A stretch of 64,000 nt of DNA from Hormiphora californensis. Taxonomy: Eukaryota > Animalia > Ctenophora. Of this stretch, positions 48,401 to 59,064 are shown in pieces; the first letter of the stretch is position 1; the number at the start of each line of letters is the position of its first letter. The stretch covers positions 5,456,001 through 5,520,000 of the forward strand of contig CM035351.1 in the NCBI GenBank assembly GCA_020137815.1. Direction: 5' to 3'. Under the pieces are notes generated by a model. That model was given only the letters and a program-made list of their open reading frames with translations. It was not told the DNA's origin and made no database searches. Both the position numbers and the translations under genes were made by a program.

Positions 48401-49943
48401 AATGGTCGTTCGGCAACCGGTTTAATAAACACACGATCCTAGCATGATGAAGAACAATGTAATATGAAGTAAACAACCTCTCTTGACGCATATTGTTCTG
48501 TCCCTCTAGCTCTATTGAATATTATCTCTATTATAATTTGGAGATGAACGTCGTGGTCGAAGTCGTTCGTTCAGTGCGTTTCTACGCGACAGACTGCTCC
48601 TTCATTAAGAATTTCAGTGGCGTGTTGTGACGAAATATTGGTGAACTGACGTAACTACGGCAGCCAAGAAGGAAATCGCGCGGCGCGCACAGCACACACA
48701 GAAGACATTAGAAACTTTCAATTCAACTTCCTACCCGCGCGTTCCAGACACGTCATTTTGGTCGAGGTGTCGTCATAATCATTCATGTTGCTATAGGGAC
48801 ACCTTCTATTTCTACAGTTCTTTCAGATCCCCTGCTATCAGATCACATCAACCCTATTAGTTAACCTCATTAGTACCCCTGTCAGTGTCACATTTCTCAT
48901 CAGCTCAGTGCTCACATGTCTTTGTGACATGTATTCCACACCCATTAAATTATGGCAGTGTCGAATGGAACTTTGATGGAAAAGTACGCTAAACAGCCGG
49001 CTTTCTTCTTGGGAGCAGATGTTTAAACTCTGCTGGCAGTTAGTGATTATTTCGGAACATAATTTAGCAATTCAGTCTCCATAGTTACCGATTTAGTTGC
49101 CATGGCAACCATCAAATGTGGGAAAAAAGAGGGCCACCCGTCGAAGCCGGGTGGTTTGTGAACACCCCTTATTTGAGGCGCACCCAATGGGTGCGCTAGT
49201 TTAGGCTAAAAGAAAGATTTTGGTGGCCATAGACCTAGATGGTGGCCGGATGAAATGACCCAATGCTATCATGACCTGAGAGCTGCACTCCGGAATCGAC
49301 ATGCCCCTGGTCACACTCCGCGTCTGGAGGGCGCGATACGATCTGTGGTGACGCGCGCACGCAGCTGCTGCGCGCAAAAACACAACCACGCTCCAACCTT
49401 TCCAGTTCCTCTGAAAGCGCTGACAAGCTCCAAACACAAAGTTACCACTCAATCCCTCTCTTTTCAGACCGTCCTGGAGATCAGTTCTATGAACGAGAAC
49501 ATTGCCGCCCTAAGGGAGGCCATCAGGCTGAAGGACTCTCCCATGCGTGTGTCCCACATGAGGCTCAACACAAGGTCCATGAGGCCCAACATTGAGCTGG
49601 TGAGGGATCCCGTCCAGTATGGACTTGTTGAGGAAGTTGGACAGATCACCGACTCTGTTGAGGCTCTTTCTGTAAGTTTTAGAATCTAGTATAATGTCTC
49701 AATCTAATGTGGTATTTTCAAATCTCTAACCACCTTTACTTGAAATATGCCTATTGTATACCACTCTCTCCTCCCCAGGCTAAGCTGAACGAGAGCATTG
49801 AAAGGCTGCGAAACCTCGAGAGGAACAAGAAGGCTTTGGAGGAGGATATTGCCGTGAAAACTAACTCCCTGAACATCGATCAGTCTCAGTGCCTCCGATT
49901 GAGGAAGACCCTAGTTTGGAGAAGGCACGAAATTAGCTTTTAG
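45493..49943 (+). CDS. tektin (Tektin-1/4/3/5 class)
   Basis: Exons 45493-45981, 46617-46687, 47390-47533, 47633-47855, 49468-49671 and 49779-49943. Motifs RIENITYWK, CLKHREGRLSIDLVHDDVEVQLLKE, RPNIELVRDPVQYGLVEEV and LEEDIAVKTNSLNIDQSQCL. Confidence 0.96.
47231..47244. promoter_or_regulatory. RFX X-box in tektin intron
   Basis: GTAACCATGGAAAC. Confidence 0.6.
49096..49109. promoter_or_regulatory. perfect palindromic RFX X-box in tektin intron
   Basis: GTTGCCATGGCAAC, with an adjacent X-box-like GTCTCCATAGTTAC at 49075-49088. Confidence 0.75.
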
Positions 49944-50237
49944 ATGCGTATGGAACAGTGCAGGTTTCGTTAACAAGCCTGTAATAATGAGTAAAATGAA
50001 TAATCGCTGATCTGTTCCTTTACGCATGCACGCACGATCCACTTTACACGAATCACCAAACATTATCATTTTCTCTCTGCAGGGTTCTGCGGTCGGCGCA
50101 GGGAACATGTCGGGTCACATATCCATACGACAACATTATGACGTGTCACAAAGCCTAAACCATCTCACCATAGGTTACCACTTTTCATTTTCAATCATTT
50201 TCTAAGCTGATCTCTCTCAAATATTGAGATACAGTGC

Positions 50238-50426
50238 TGCTTGTAGTGGGAATACGGTGTCTGAATAATACGGTATTTGACCATTACGGTTTCTGAAATA
50301 CATATGTATTTGAAATACATATATATTTCGGTGTCACGTGTTGTCAATCCGGCGCTCTGATTGGTCTCGTCTTACCGTTTTTCACTGATACCGTGTTGAA
50401 CCGATACTGTATTCTCACTACAAGCA
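50238..50426. mobile_element. small MITE
   Basis: Inverted termini tgcttgtagtgggaatacggtgtc / gatactgtattctcactacaagca. Confidence 0.65.
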
Positions 50427-50940
50427 CCCTTGATACATCCTTCTCTCCAAGTAGTACCATGCTAACACTTAATTTTCTCTCCCTCAGTTATCGACCTGCG
50501 ACGATGTTCCTTGCCTCGTCTGTTAGTTCCCGGCACGAACCATTGATCTTTTAGAGCGAGGAAAACTATTTAGAATGGATTTTGAGACTAAGCGAGTGAA
50601 AACAATTTTGAGAGAACTGTGGATTTATGATGGATATTATGTAAATATGATTATTACACTGAGAGTAACACCCATGTATAAAGCACTCTTTAGGCGTAGA
50701 AACGTTTAGTTGAGAGATAATCTAGGACGGAGTTTTTTGTTTGAGTCATCTTTTTCTCAACTCCACTCATAATTCACATGTATTTATATGTCAAGTCACA
50801 TGTGTATAATAGGATATTTCGAATTTTCATCTTTTAAAATTTTCAAACAGTGGAATGTAAATAACCGTTAGTCAAGTAGATTTTATGAAGATTTGATGTT
50901 TGGTATTTGTCTAAAATAGTTGAAAATGAACCGATATAAA

Positions 50941-52510
50941 CTGTCTGGCGGCGCCGACTCGATCTGAGCGCTCTGAAGATCTGGCAACGCCAGGCAGGTT
51001 GTGAAGCAGATCAAGATCTGTCTGGAGGCGTCCCATCTGAACGCCACCAGACAGATCTGAGATCAAGGTCTAGACTGTATCATACAGTGTATGCTAGGCC
51101 CTGGCCGGTAGCCGTAGACCCGTCCTTAAATCTGTGACTGTTCTGTCTGGCGGCGCCATACCCCATTTTGACAGTACGCTCAGATTGGGTCAGCGCCACC
51201 AGACAGTGACTGCTCAAAATAGCAGTGTAGTGGTTCAATTTCAACTGTTTTTGTGTCATGCTATCGGAGCTGAGGATACTCGGATCGTGGCGGCCTTGAA
51301 GGGTTCCCAGTGTGTCTTACGCTGCCGCTTGTTATAGTGGCATTACCGTTATGGAATTACACTGTAATGGAAAACGGAGAAATGGTAAGAAGACGCCAAC
51401 CGTGGCAAGCGACCGGGTAAAGACTGGAAAGGGTGATTAGAAGGAACATTGGTCATCTGTGAAGGCCAGAATTGTCTGGCGGCGCCGATCCAGTTAAAAC
51501 CTGTCAGGCCAATGCTCTGACCACAGTTCTCGCGCGCTCCAATAGGGTCAGGCCAATGCTCTGACAGGTTAAAACGGGGTCTGGTGCAAGCCAGGCAGGC
51601 TCAGATCGGGTCGATAGACAGGCTGTATAATATTAGTAAAGACAACAAATAGAAACACGTTGGTTTACAAACAACGTGTTTCTATTTGTTCATGTTGTAC
51701 TATCTGCTCTCGGTTCCACGCCGATAGAGCTCTCTTGTGGCCTACAACCATATTGATATTAGTAAAGACCTAAGACGAACGTTGGTGGGTTGGCCGACGG
51801 CCGTTGCGGCTGGCTGCACTGAGCCCCTGGTACAGGTGAGGGTCGAGTCAGCAGAAGATTTGTGGTTACCCTGAAAGCGACTCAGACAGAAGTCAGACTG
51901 GGACACTATCTGGCGGCGTCTGTCAAATCGGAGTCTGGCGCACCAGACCCCGATTTGACCTGTCTGGCGCCGCGACCCATCTGAGAATCAAATTGGGGTC
52001 TGGCGCCGCCAGACAGGATTTGACAGTGACGTGGCGACATGAGCTCAGATAGGGTACCGGTACGCGGCGCCAGACAGCCGGGAATCTACTCAATTCAAAT
52101 CTGTCCGGGCGCCGACCCCGTTTTGATTCTTCCGCTCACCGCTGTCTCCAGACGTCTGGCGGCGCCTGTCTGGCGCCGCGACCCATCTGAGCACACTGTC
52201 GCGTGCTCAGATTAGGGTCTGGTGTCACAATATATCACGCAGCGCTGTCTGGCGCCGCGACCCATCTGAGCACACTGTCGCGTGCTCAGATTTGAGAATC
52301 AAATTGGGGTCTGGCGCCGCCAGACAGCGCAGCGCTGTCTGGCGCCGCGACCCATCTGAGCACACTGTCGCGTGCTCAGAGAATCAAATTGGGGTCTGGC
52401 GCCGCCAGACAGGGCGGCGCCGACCCGATCTGAGAATCAAAACGGGGTCTGGCGGCGCCAGAAAGTTTTTCCGAAAGTGCGATCAGATCGGGTGGGCGCC
52501 GCCAGACCGA
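50941..52510. mobile_element. nested cluster of CTGTC..GACAG micro-MITEs
   Basis: Copies with 8-bp TSDs: 51143-51206 (tgactgtt/tgactgct), 51501-51567 (gttaaaac), 51960-52016 (gatttgac) and composite 52166-52412 (ggcggcgc). Several more decayed copies are present. Confidence 0.88.
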
Positions 52511-53146
52511 CACAAATAAAAGTGTCTACCGTTTCACAATTCTAATTTGTACTTCCAGTCCTACGCACTCACACTCACAGCTAATCTGATTCACCGCCAC
52601 GTGTCCGACGTGCCAAATATAATTGGTACTGTCAATGTGCTATTTCAATATCCACCTTCCGAACAAGTTCAAAACAACAGTTTACTCAAAGGGAACTCAA
52701 CATTAACGAATAAAATTAACAATCAAAACAATTGTTTATAATTTATCTTCTGCTCAACAGAATCGATCAGCATTTTCAACCCCCCCCCCCCTTCGTATGT
52801 AATACCTCATACTCATACTAAGCTAGCTAGGCCTCACGCACTCGTCAAATTCAATGAAAAAGTAAAAGTAAAACTCTTGTACTAATTAAACTTATCCAAA
52901 GCTAAAAAGCTTAACGGGACGCTTTTCTTTGGTGTTCTTAAATGGAACAGTAAATATATTCTCTTTGGTGAGCTATAAGATTTCTAACAACCCAATCTTA
53001 AATAATGTCGGTCAGCTCACTGCCATGGATTGTCTTGTTGAGTAAGGGGTCCTCATCCCTTACTCAACATGGATTGTCTATATCAAACTGGTGATCAATA
53101 GTCTATGATAGTCTTTGGGGGAGAATGTAAATTGTTTTTCTCCTCG

Positions 53147-55790
53147 TTAAGCTTTCAGAGATTCCTCCAAGTTGATGGTTCCCCGGGACCTCCTCAACAA
53201 CATGGTCACAGTAAAGGCGATGGCAGTGAGAATGGGGATGATGGAGTAGTAGAGATAGGTGTCTCGGTATGACAGGCAATCAAGGAAGGTCCCTCCCATA
53301 ATTGAACCTGGAAGGGAAGGGAGGGTTAGTTACTGGTAGTAGTAGTAGTATCGCAAGTAGCAGTTCCGTTGCTTTGTTAGCTTGATATGATGATGGGTTA
53401 ATTTTTAGGGCACTGATAAACATTTGGCTTGGGTGCTTGAGAAAAAAACACAAATTAGTTGGCACTATCAGTGCCAGTGGGCCCCCGCATGTTGGATTTA
53501 GCTGGGAAGAAGCCAGGTTTCACTTTCTCTCTCACCCTTCTCAGTGAGAAAATTTCAGTATCCCTGATAAGGGCGGGCATCAAGGAAGTGCCTAACAGCG
53601 TTATCACGCCAGGGAGGGGGGGTGCCAGGTGAAATTGCATGTGCCTGGGAACTAACAACTTACCTACAAAGATTCCAAAGTAAAGGCAAGAATTTTGGAG
53701 GCCTGACAGTTGAGAGTTTAGAGATTTTTTGTTTCCATGGTGACGAGTTGCTTTGAGAAGGCATGGTAACCCAGCCACCTGAAAATAACGGGCGGTTTTT
53801 GGGTGAGAAAATGGGAGGATCATACAAAAATGAGTTCAAAACAAGGCAGTCTATAATAGCACACAACAATTCAACATACACTTACCCAGGGAATACTGCC
53901 GGCAAACCCAGTAATGGCAAGTCCCATTATGATTGAGAAGAGAGTGGGGTCAAAAGGTGGAATGGGGCCAAGGACACAATAACCAGCACTTCCCAATGCT
54001 AAACCAACCCCCAGTATTGAGTAGGGACCAATCGCATCGACCTGTGAAATAGGGGATATACATGTACCGACCCACAGAATATATGGGACACCCTGTATAT
54101 GTGTTGATATATTGATTCCTCATATATATGAGGAATCAAGTCTAAACTAATGCGGTAAATAGAAAAAACTGGGCCCTTACCAAGTAGCCAATTCCAATGG
54201 ATCCAACGGCAAAGAAAAAGTCTCTTAACAAAAACAGGCCTCCGATTGCTCCCTCTTTGAAGCCTGCATTTTCCAGGAATATACTCAGATTCGGTTCCTG
54301 GAAACCCAGAATTGATGACCCGACCATGGTCGTAAACAGGATGGAGAGAAGTTTGACATCCATCAGATTTTTTAGGGAGATGTGGTCTGCTAGCTGTACA
54401 TTGGGCACGAAGGGTATTTCCCGGGCTAGAGAGGCCCAATGGGATCCGTCCTTGCTGTCCGTGTAACCCACAATGGACTGCTCCAGACCGTCCTGAGGGT
54501 GGAGAGAGAGATTGGTTAAAATTGTGTTGCCACATTCAAATTGTCAACTACCCCGCTGGTATTGAATTAGGGAACCAAGTCACCGTCCGGAAAATCAGGT
54601 TAAATTCTTGTTCAAATGTGATGTGCATAAATTATCGCAAGATAACAAAACTTAGGGAGAATCAGAAAGCATGGGACAAAAAATAAGTTAGCTAGTGATA
54701 AAGGGCTGCAGTTTGCCAAGCTGGGAGATTACACAGAAGTTCGTCACGGTACTGACGTCACATTTCTCTCTCCTCTCTTACCCTCTCTCTCTCTCAACTC
54801 ACCTGTTCAACGTATGCGTACAGGCTGAATAATCGGCGTCTCTTGGGTGTTGACGGGGTGGTGGGTAGAACCAGGACCATTAGAACCCACATGACGAGGG
54901 TTAGACAACCCATCACGACGAAGGGCAGGAAGAATCCACCAATGGTGTAGAAGAACCCACCTAGTGGAGGACCAACCTGCGGGAAATTAGGGATGGTGAC
55001 GAACTTTTAAAACTTTTATAATGCACTCTGTACGGTACTAAATGAATGGAAAATTTCGGCCAGGTGTCTCACTTACCATAAATCCGACACCAACTGAAGT
55101 AGTGAGTATTCCGCTGACTTTTCCGACATTGTGACTGAACCTATCACTGACGATCGTGTACAGACTGGTATCCACAAATGCACAGCCACAACCCTTTAGA
55201 GGAATTAAGTTTCTCAAAATAGCCATTTGTGTTGGTGACGCAGTCACCCCTACACTAGCCGCGTGGTACTGATCAGAACACTTGAACAAAGACCAGCCTA
55301 GTAGTCACTAACCTGTATACAACGAAGTACAACCGAGACCAGAATGAACGCGATTTTGTTGGTGATGAGATTTAAAAATCCGAATAATATTGCTGATATT
55401 CCTGCTACGAGAATCCCCAACTTTAGTGTAAACTCGACGTTTAGTTTGCCAATTAGGATTGGTGTGACAGGGGCTACTACAAACACCGTTAGATGATACA
55501 TTCCAAGGATTAGCCCGATAACCGATTCTGAAACACCAAACTTGCATGCGTCACTGAAGGGTGGAAGGGATGAGAATAATAGTTTGTTAATAATAAGGGT
55601 TGAAAGGGATTTATGGAAATCAAAAATAGGTCTACCTGGGATAAAATGGAGATGCGAGGGAGGATACGGTGTTGACTACAAAGGCCGTTAAGCAGAGGCA
55701 AGTTAAAAGGAAGGCATTGCTTCGTCCTGACGATCTCTGATCAAGGTCCCGAAGTAGGGGGTCTGTCTCGAATTGCACTGCACCGGTCAT
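53147..55790 (-). CDS. MFS transporter, SLC18B1-like
   Basis: Multi-exon 12TM-type protein. Exon 1 MTGAVQFETDPLL..TAFVVNTVSSLASPFYP; then VVAPVTPILIGKL, LRCIQGCGCA, GVGFMVGPPLGGFFYTIGGFFLPFVVMG, GFQEPNLSIFL and GSIMGGTFLD; stop at 53147. Confidence 0.85.
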
Positions 55791-56577
55791 GACCCGCCTC
55801 CTGAGTCTAAAATAAGATGGTTGTGTTAGAAAAACGGAATGTACTGCCCCAATTTAGTTTCAATAAATGACTAAAGGGCAACTAAATGTGTTGTTGATTT
55901 GAAAAATGTCACAGTGAAAGAAAGCGACAATGTATGGAAGGGAATTTGGTCGTGTAACAACATGTAGCATGGATGAATTGTAGAATGGGAAACCGAAAAA
56001 CAAACAAAGTCTTGTCACACATTTTGTCATTCTTCTCTCCCTCTCTCTCATTCTCTTATTCTCTCATTCTCTCTTTTTTGGCACACTATACGGCTTTCAG
56101 GCTTTGTAAGCAACAGTATGATCGCCCATTAATCGAGTCAATAATAGTATCATGGAATCCTTTACCAGGGACTACTGGATTAGTCAAAAGTATTAGGCTA
56201 AGATTGACCTAGATACTATTTTGATTATCAGGACTGTGTCGGGGATTAGGGGGATATAGGAGACATCTTACTACAGCTTATAGTACATCACTGCACTGGC
56301 AAGTTAGAGACTTGTAGTTTGCTAGGTGAGATGATCTTGGAAATCCCTACGCCAGCCTAGATAATTGTGGCCAAAGAAAACTTAATAAAAACATATTATT
56401 CTAATATTAAGCAACCAGGAATAAATTTCAGGAAATGGTCCCATTCAAGCCAGGAAATAAATGAAGGCGAGCCGAGGAAAAGCAAGCGAGTTATTATCTA
56501 CGAGTTTCTGATATATCACCTTATCAGCTGAAATGTATGCGTGAGAAAGACATCTTACCCCAGCTGCTCTCTCTCTC

Positions 56578-56637
<60 letters not shown>

Positions 56638-56662
56638 GCTCTCTCTCTCTCTCTGACTCTCT

Positions 56663-56825
<163 letters not shown>

Positions 56826-56925
56826 CCATCTCTCAAAACATGTGACATGACTCTACCAAATAAAATTCAGCCTTAAATACTATTATAGCTGCTGCATGCT
56901 AGTTCATGCAGTAATATGACACGTA

Positions 56926-58031
56926 CCGCCTGGGCCAAAAAAAACGTGTGGTACGCCGAGCCTCATATCTCACAAATCGTAACTTCTATCACTCTGATAT
57001 TTTGACACAATTTTTGTATACCTACTCATTCGAGGAATCCGGAGTTTCAATTCCTAAAACTTCAAAATTCATTAATGAACTCAATTTTTCATTTTTCGGG
57101 TTTTTCGAGGTTTTCTCTTGTTTATATTCAATTTTATTCTTAAAAATGACCGCCATGCAATAGAACAACTAACAACAAATGGCAATCTGCATTTTTATTA
57201 AAATTGAATCAAGTTTAGTGGGTGAAATAAACAATATAAAACTGTTCATTTTTACCGAAAATCGATTTCGACCCGTTTTGACGAGAAATCGGTAATTTCA
57301 GGCGCTAAAAATTGGTAAGGCCATTGCACTTGATCAATGTTGATATTAGCCGGAATTTTAGCTCTCTATCTCAAAGTTCATTTTTCCAACTGGAATGAAT
57401 CCTGAATGAACTTGAAAACAGGAATGCTTTTTCAAACCGGAATTTCACAGTCGTCTTTGGGTATCGATTTCCTTTCAAACGCGACTAATTTTAGCTCAAT
57501 TTGCCCACCACAAGATACACAGTGGCTAGTTTTCTAACCCTAGGTCTGGTCATGTGACCCCCATTGAGACGCTAGTGTCATTACGAAGTGCCAATAAGCA
57601 GGTGTAACGGTCGAGTATCACGTATCACATCTGCTAATGAGGACGGTGTACCGATACAGCGTCCGTTAGAATGTAAGTTCTCTTGCTAACACGTCATAAT
57701 TTGATGGGGATCACATGACCCAACCTAGGCTTGGTAAACTGGTCACTGTGATTCTTGTGGTGATCCAATTAATCTCAAACCGGTCGCGTTCGAAAGAAAA
57801 TCGATAGCCAAACAAATTTGTGAAACTTTGGTACCGAAATATGGTCCCATTTTGATGTTCATTCAATGTTCATTCGGTCGAAAAAAATGAACTTTTATGT
57901 AGAGGGCTGAAACTCCGGATTCCTCGAATGAGTACCCATACAATTATTGTGTCAAAATATCAGAGTGATGGAAGTTAAGATTTGGGAGATATGAGGCTCG
58001 GCGTACCCCACGTTTTTTTTGGCCCAGGCGG
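56926..58031. mobile_element. Tc1/mariner-type non-autonomous element with long TIRs and a second inner inverted repeat
   Basis: TA|ccgcctgggccaaaaaaaacgt... about 120-bp TIRs ...acgttttttttggcccaggcgg|TA. Inner imperfect inverted repeat at about 57360-57565 versus 57703-57908. Confidence 0.9.
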
Positions 58032-59064
58032 TATATTCGGACATATATTATGGAATGGGTGGGGGTAAAAACCAATTTGAGGAATGACCAAAGGAACGTG
58101 AGAGGGACCCTGGTAGGACGAAACTGGACCCGGAAATTGCTAATCGTACACAATTTCAAACAAAAGACTTCCTTAATTGTACTTTCATCTTGGTATGTGA
58201 CCAGTTAAAGTTTCCCCAAAAAAGCAGAATAAGACAGTGTTTACTAGGTACAGCAGTAACAAGCAAGTATCGTGACACATGTATGTGTTTTTGATAATGA
58301 TGTTAGACAAGTGGCTATGGCGGACGCGGCAGTCGTGTCGCCAATGAATTGTAAGCGTGCACTTTTCCGCATTGTGTGAGTGAGTGCATGTGTACTGGTG
58401 GCCAAGTTCAGGGTGGCACCTAGCAAGTTAACACATGTCAATAACACATGTACCTTGCAATGCATCGGTATCATAGCATCTTAATTAATTAGAGCATCAA
58501 TTGTTAGTCTCATATTGGTGATAACCCGGTATAAGCAGGGAACAGGACAAAAGAAAATGAATTGAAACATACCCAGCATGTGAAGTATAGTGAAGGTCCG
58601 TCCGAGATGTTCATGGTATTGCAGATATTGGGCCCACAATTGCAGTACTTGGCAGCTTCTTGATGAGGCACATTCGGGATCGCTAAATGAAAAATGAGAT
58701 ATTTAGGCATCTGAATCAAGGGGTGGGGTTTTTCTTGTTCAAACTGTTTCTTGCACACGTCTAGAGATGCATTTTGAACTCGCGACAGTACTCTCAAATC
58801 GGGTCGGTTCTGCCAGACAGTTTAAACAGAACAAGGGGGGGGGGTTCGGGCATGAGACACATCAAAACAGTTTTATAAACTTTTAGCTGCAAATCGAGTG
58901 TTACAAAAATAAAGGGTTTTAAAATCGATTCTGTAAAGATCGTGTCCACAGCAGCACAATTCATTTAGCACACAAAGTTTTTCCATAGGTATATATTATG
59001 TTGATTCAACTACTGCTAAATAGGGCATTCTCTTTGATTGTTATTGTACACTTGCTTTCTTCCT

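Noticed and set aside
50941-52420. CTGTCT starts resembling the Tn5/Nextera mosaic end (adapter contamination)
   Set aside because: They are not followed by CTTATACACATCT, and the copies are diverged and have genomic TSDs.
51900-52510. CRISPR-like palindromic repeats with spacers
   Set aside because: Repeats occur in both orientations, the spacers are themselves repeated, TSDs are present, there are no cas genes, and the context is eukaryotic.
53990-54050. Apparent stop or frameshift in the MFS transporter, suggested by the ORF track
   Set aside because: An intron at about 54043-54180 restores the frame (VDAIGPYSILGVGLALGS).
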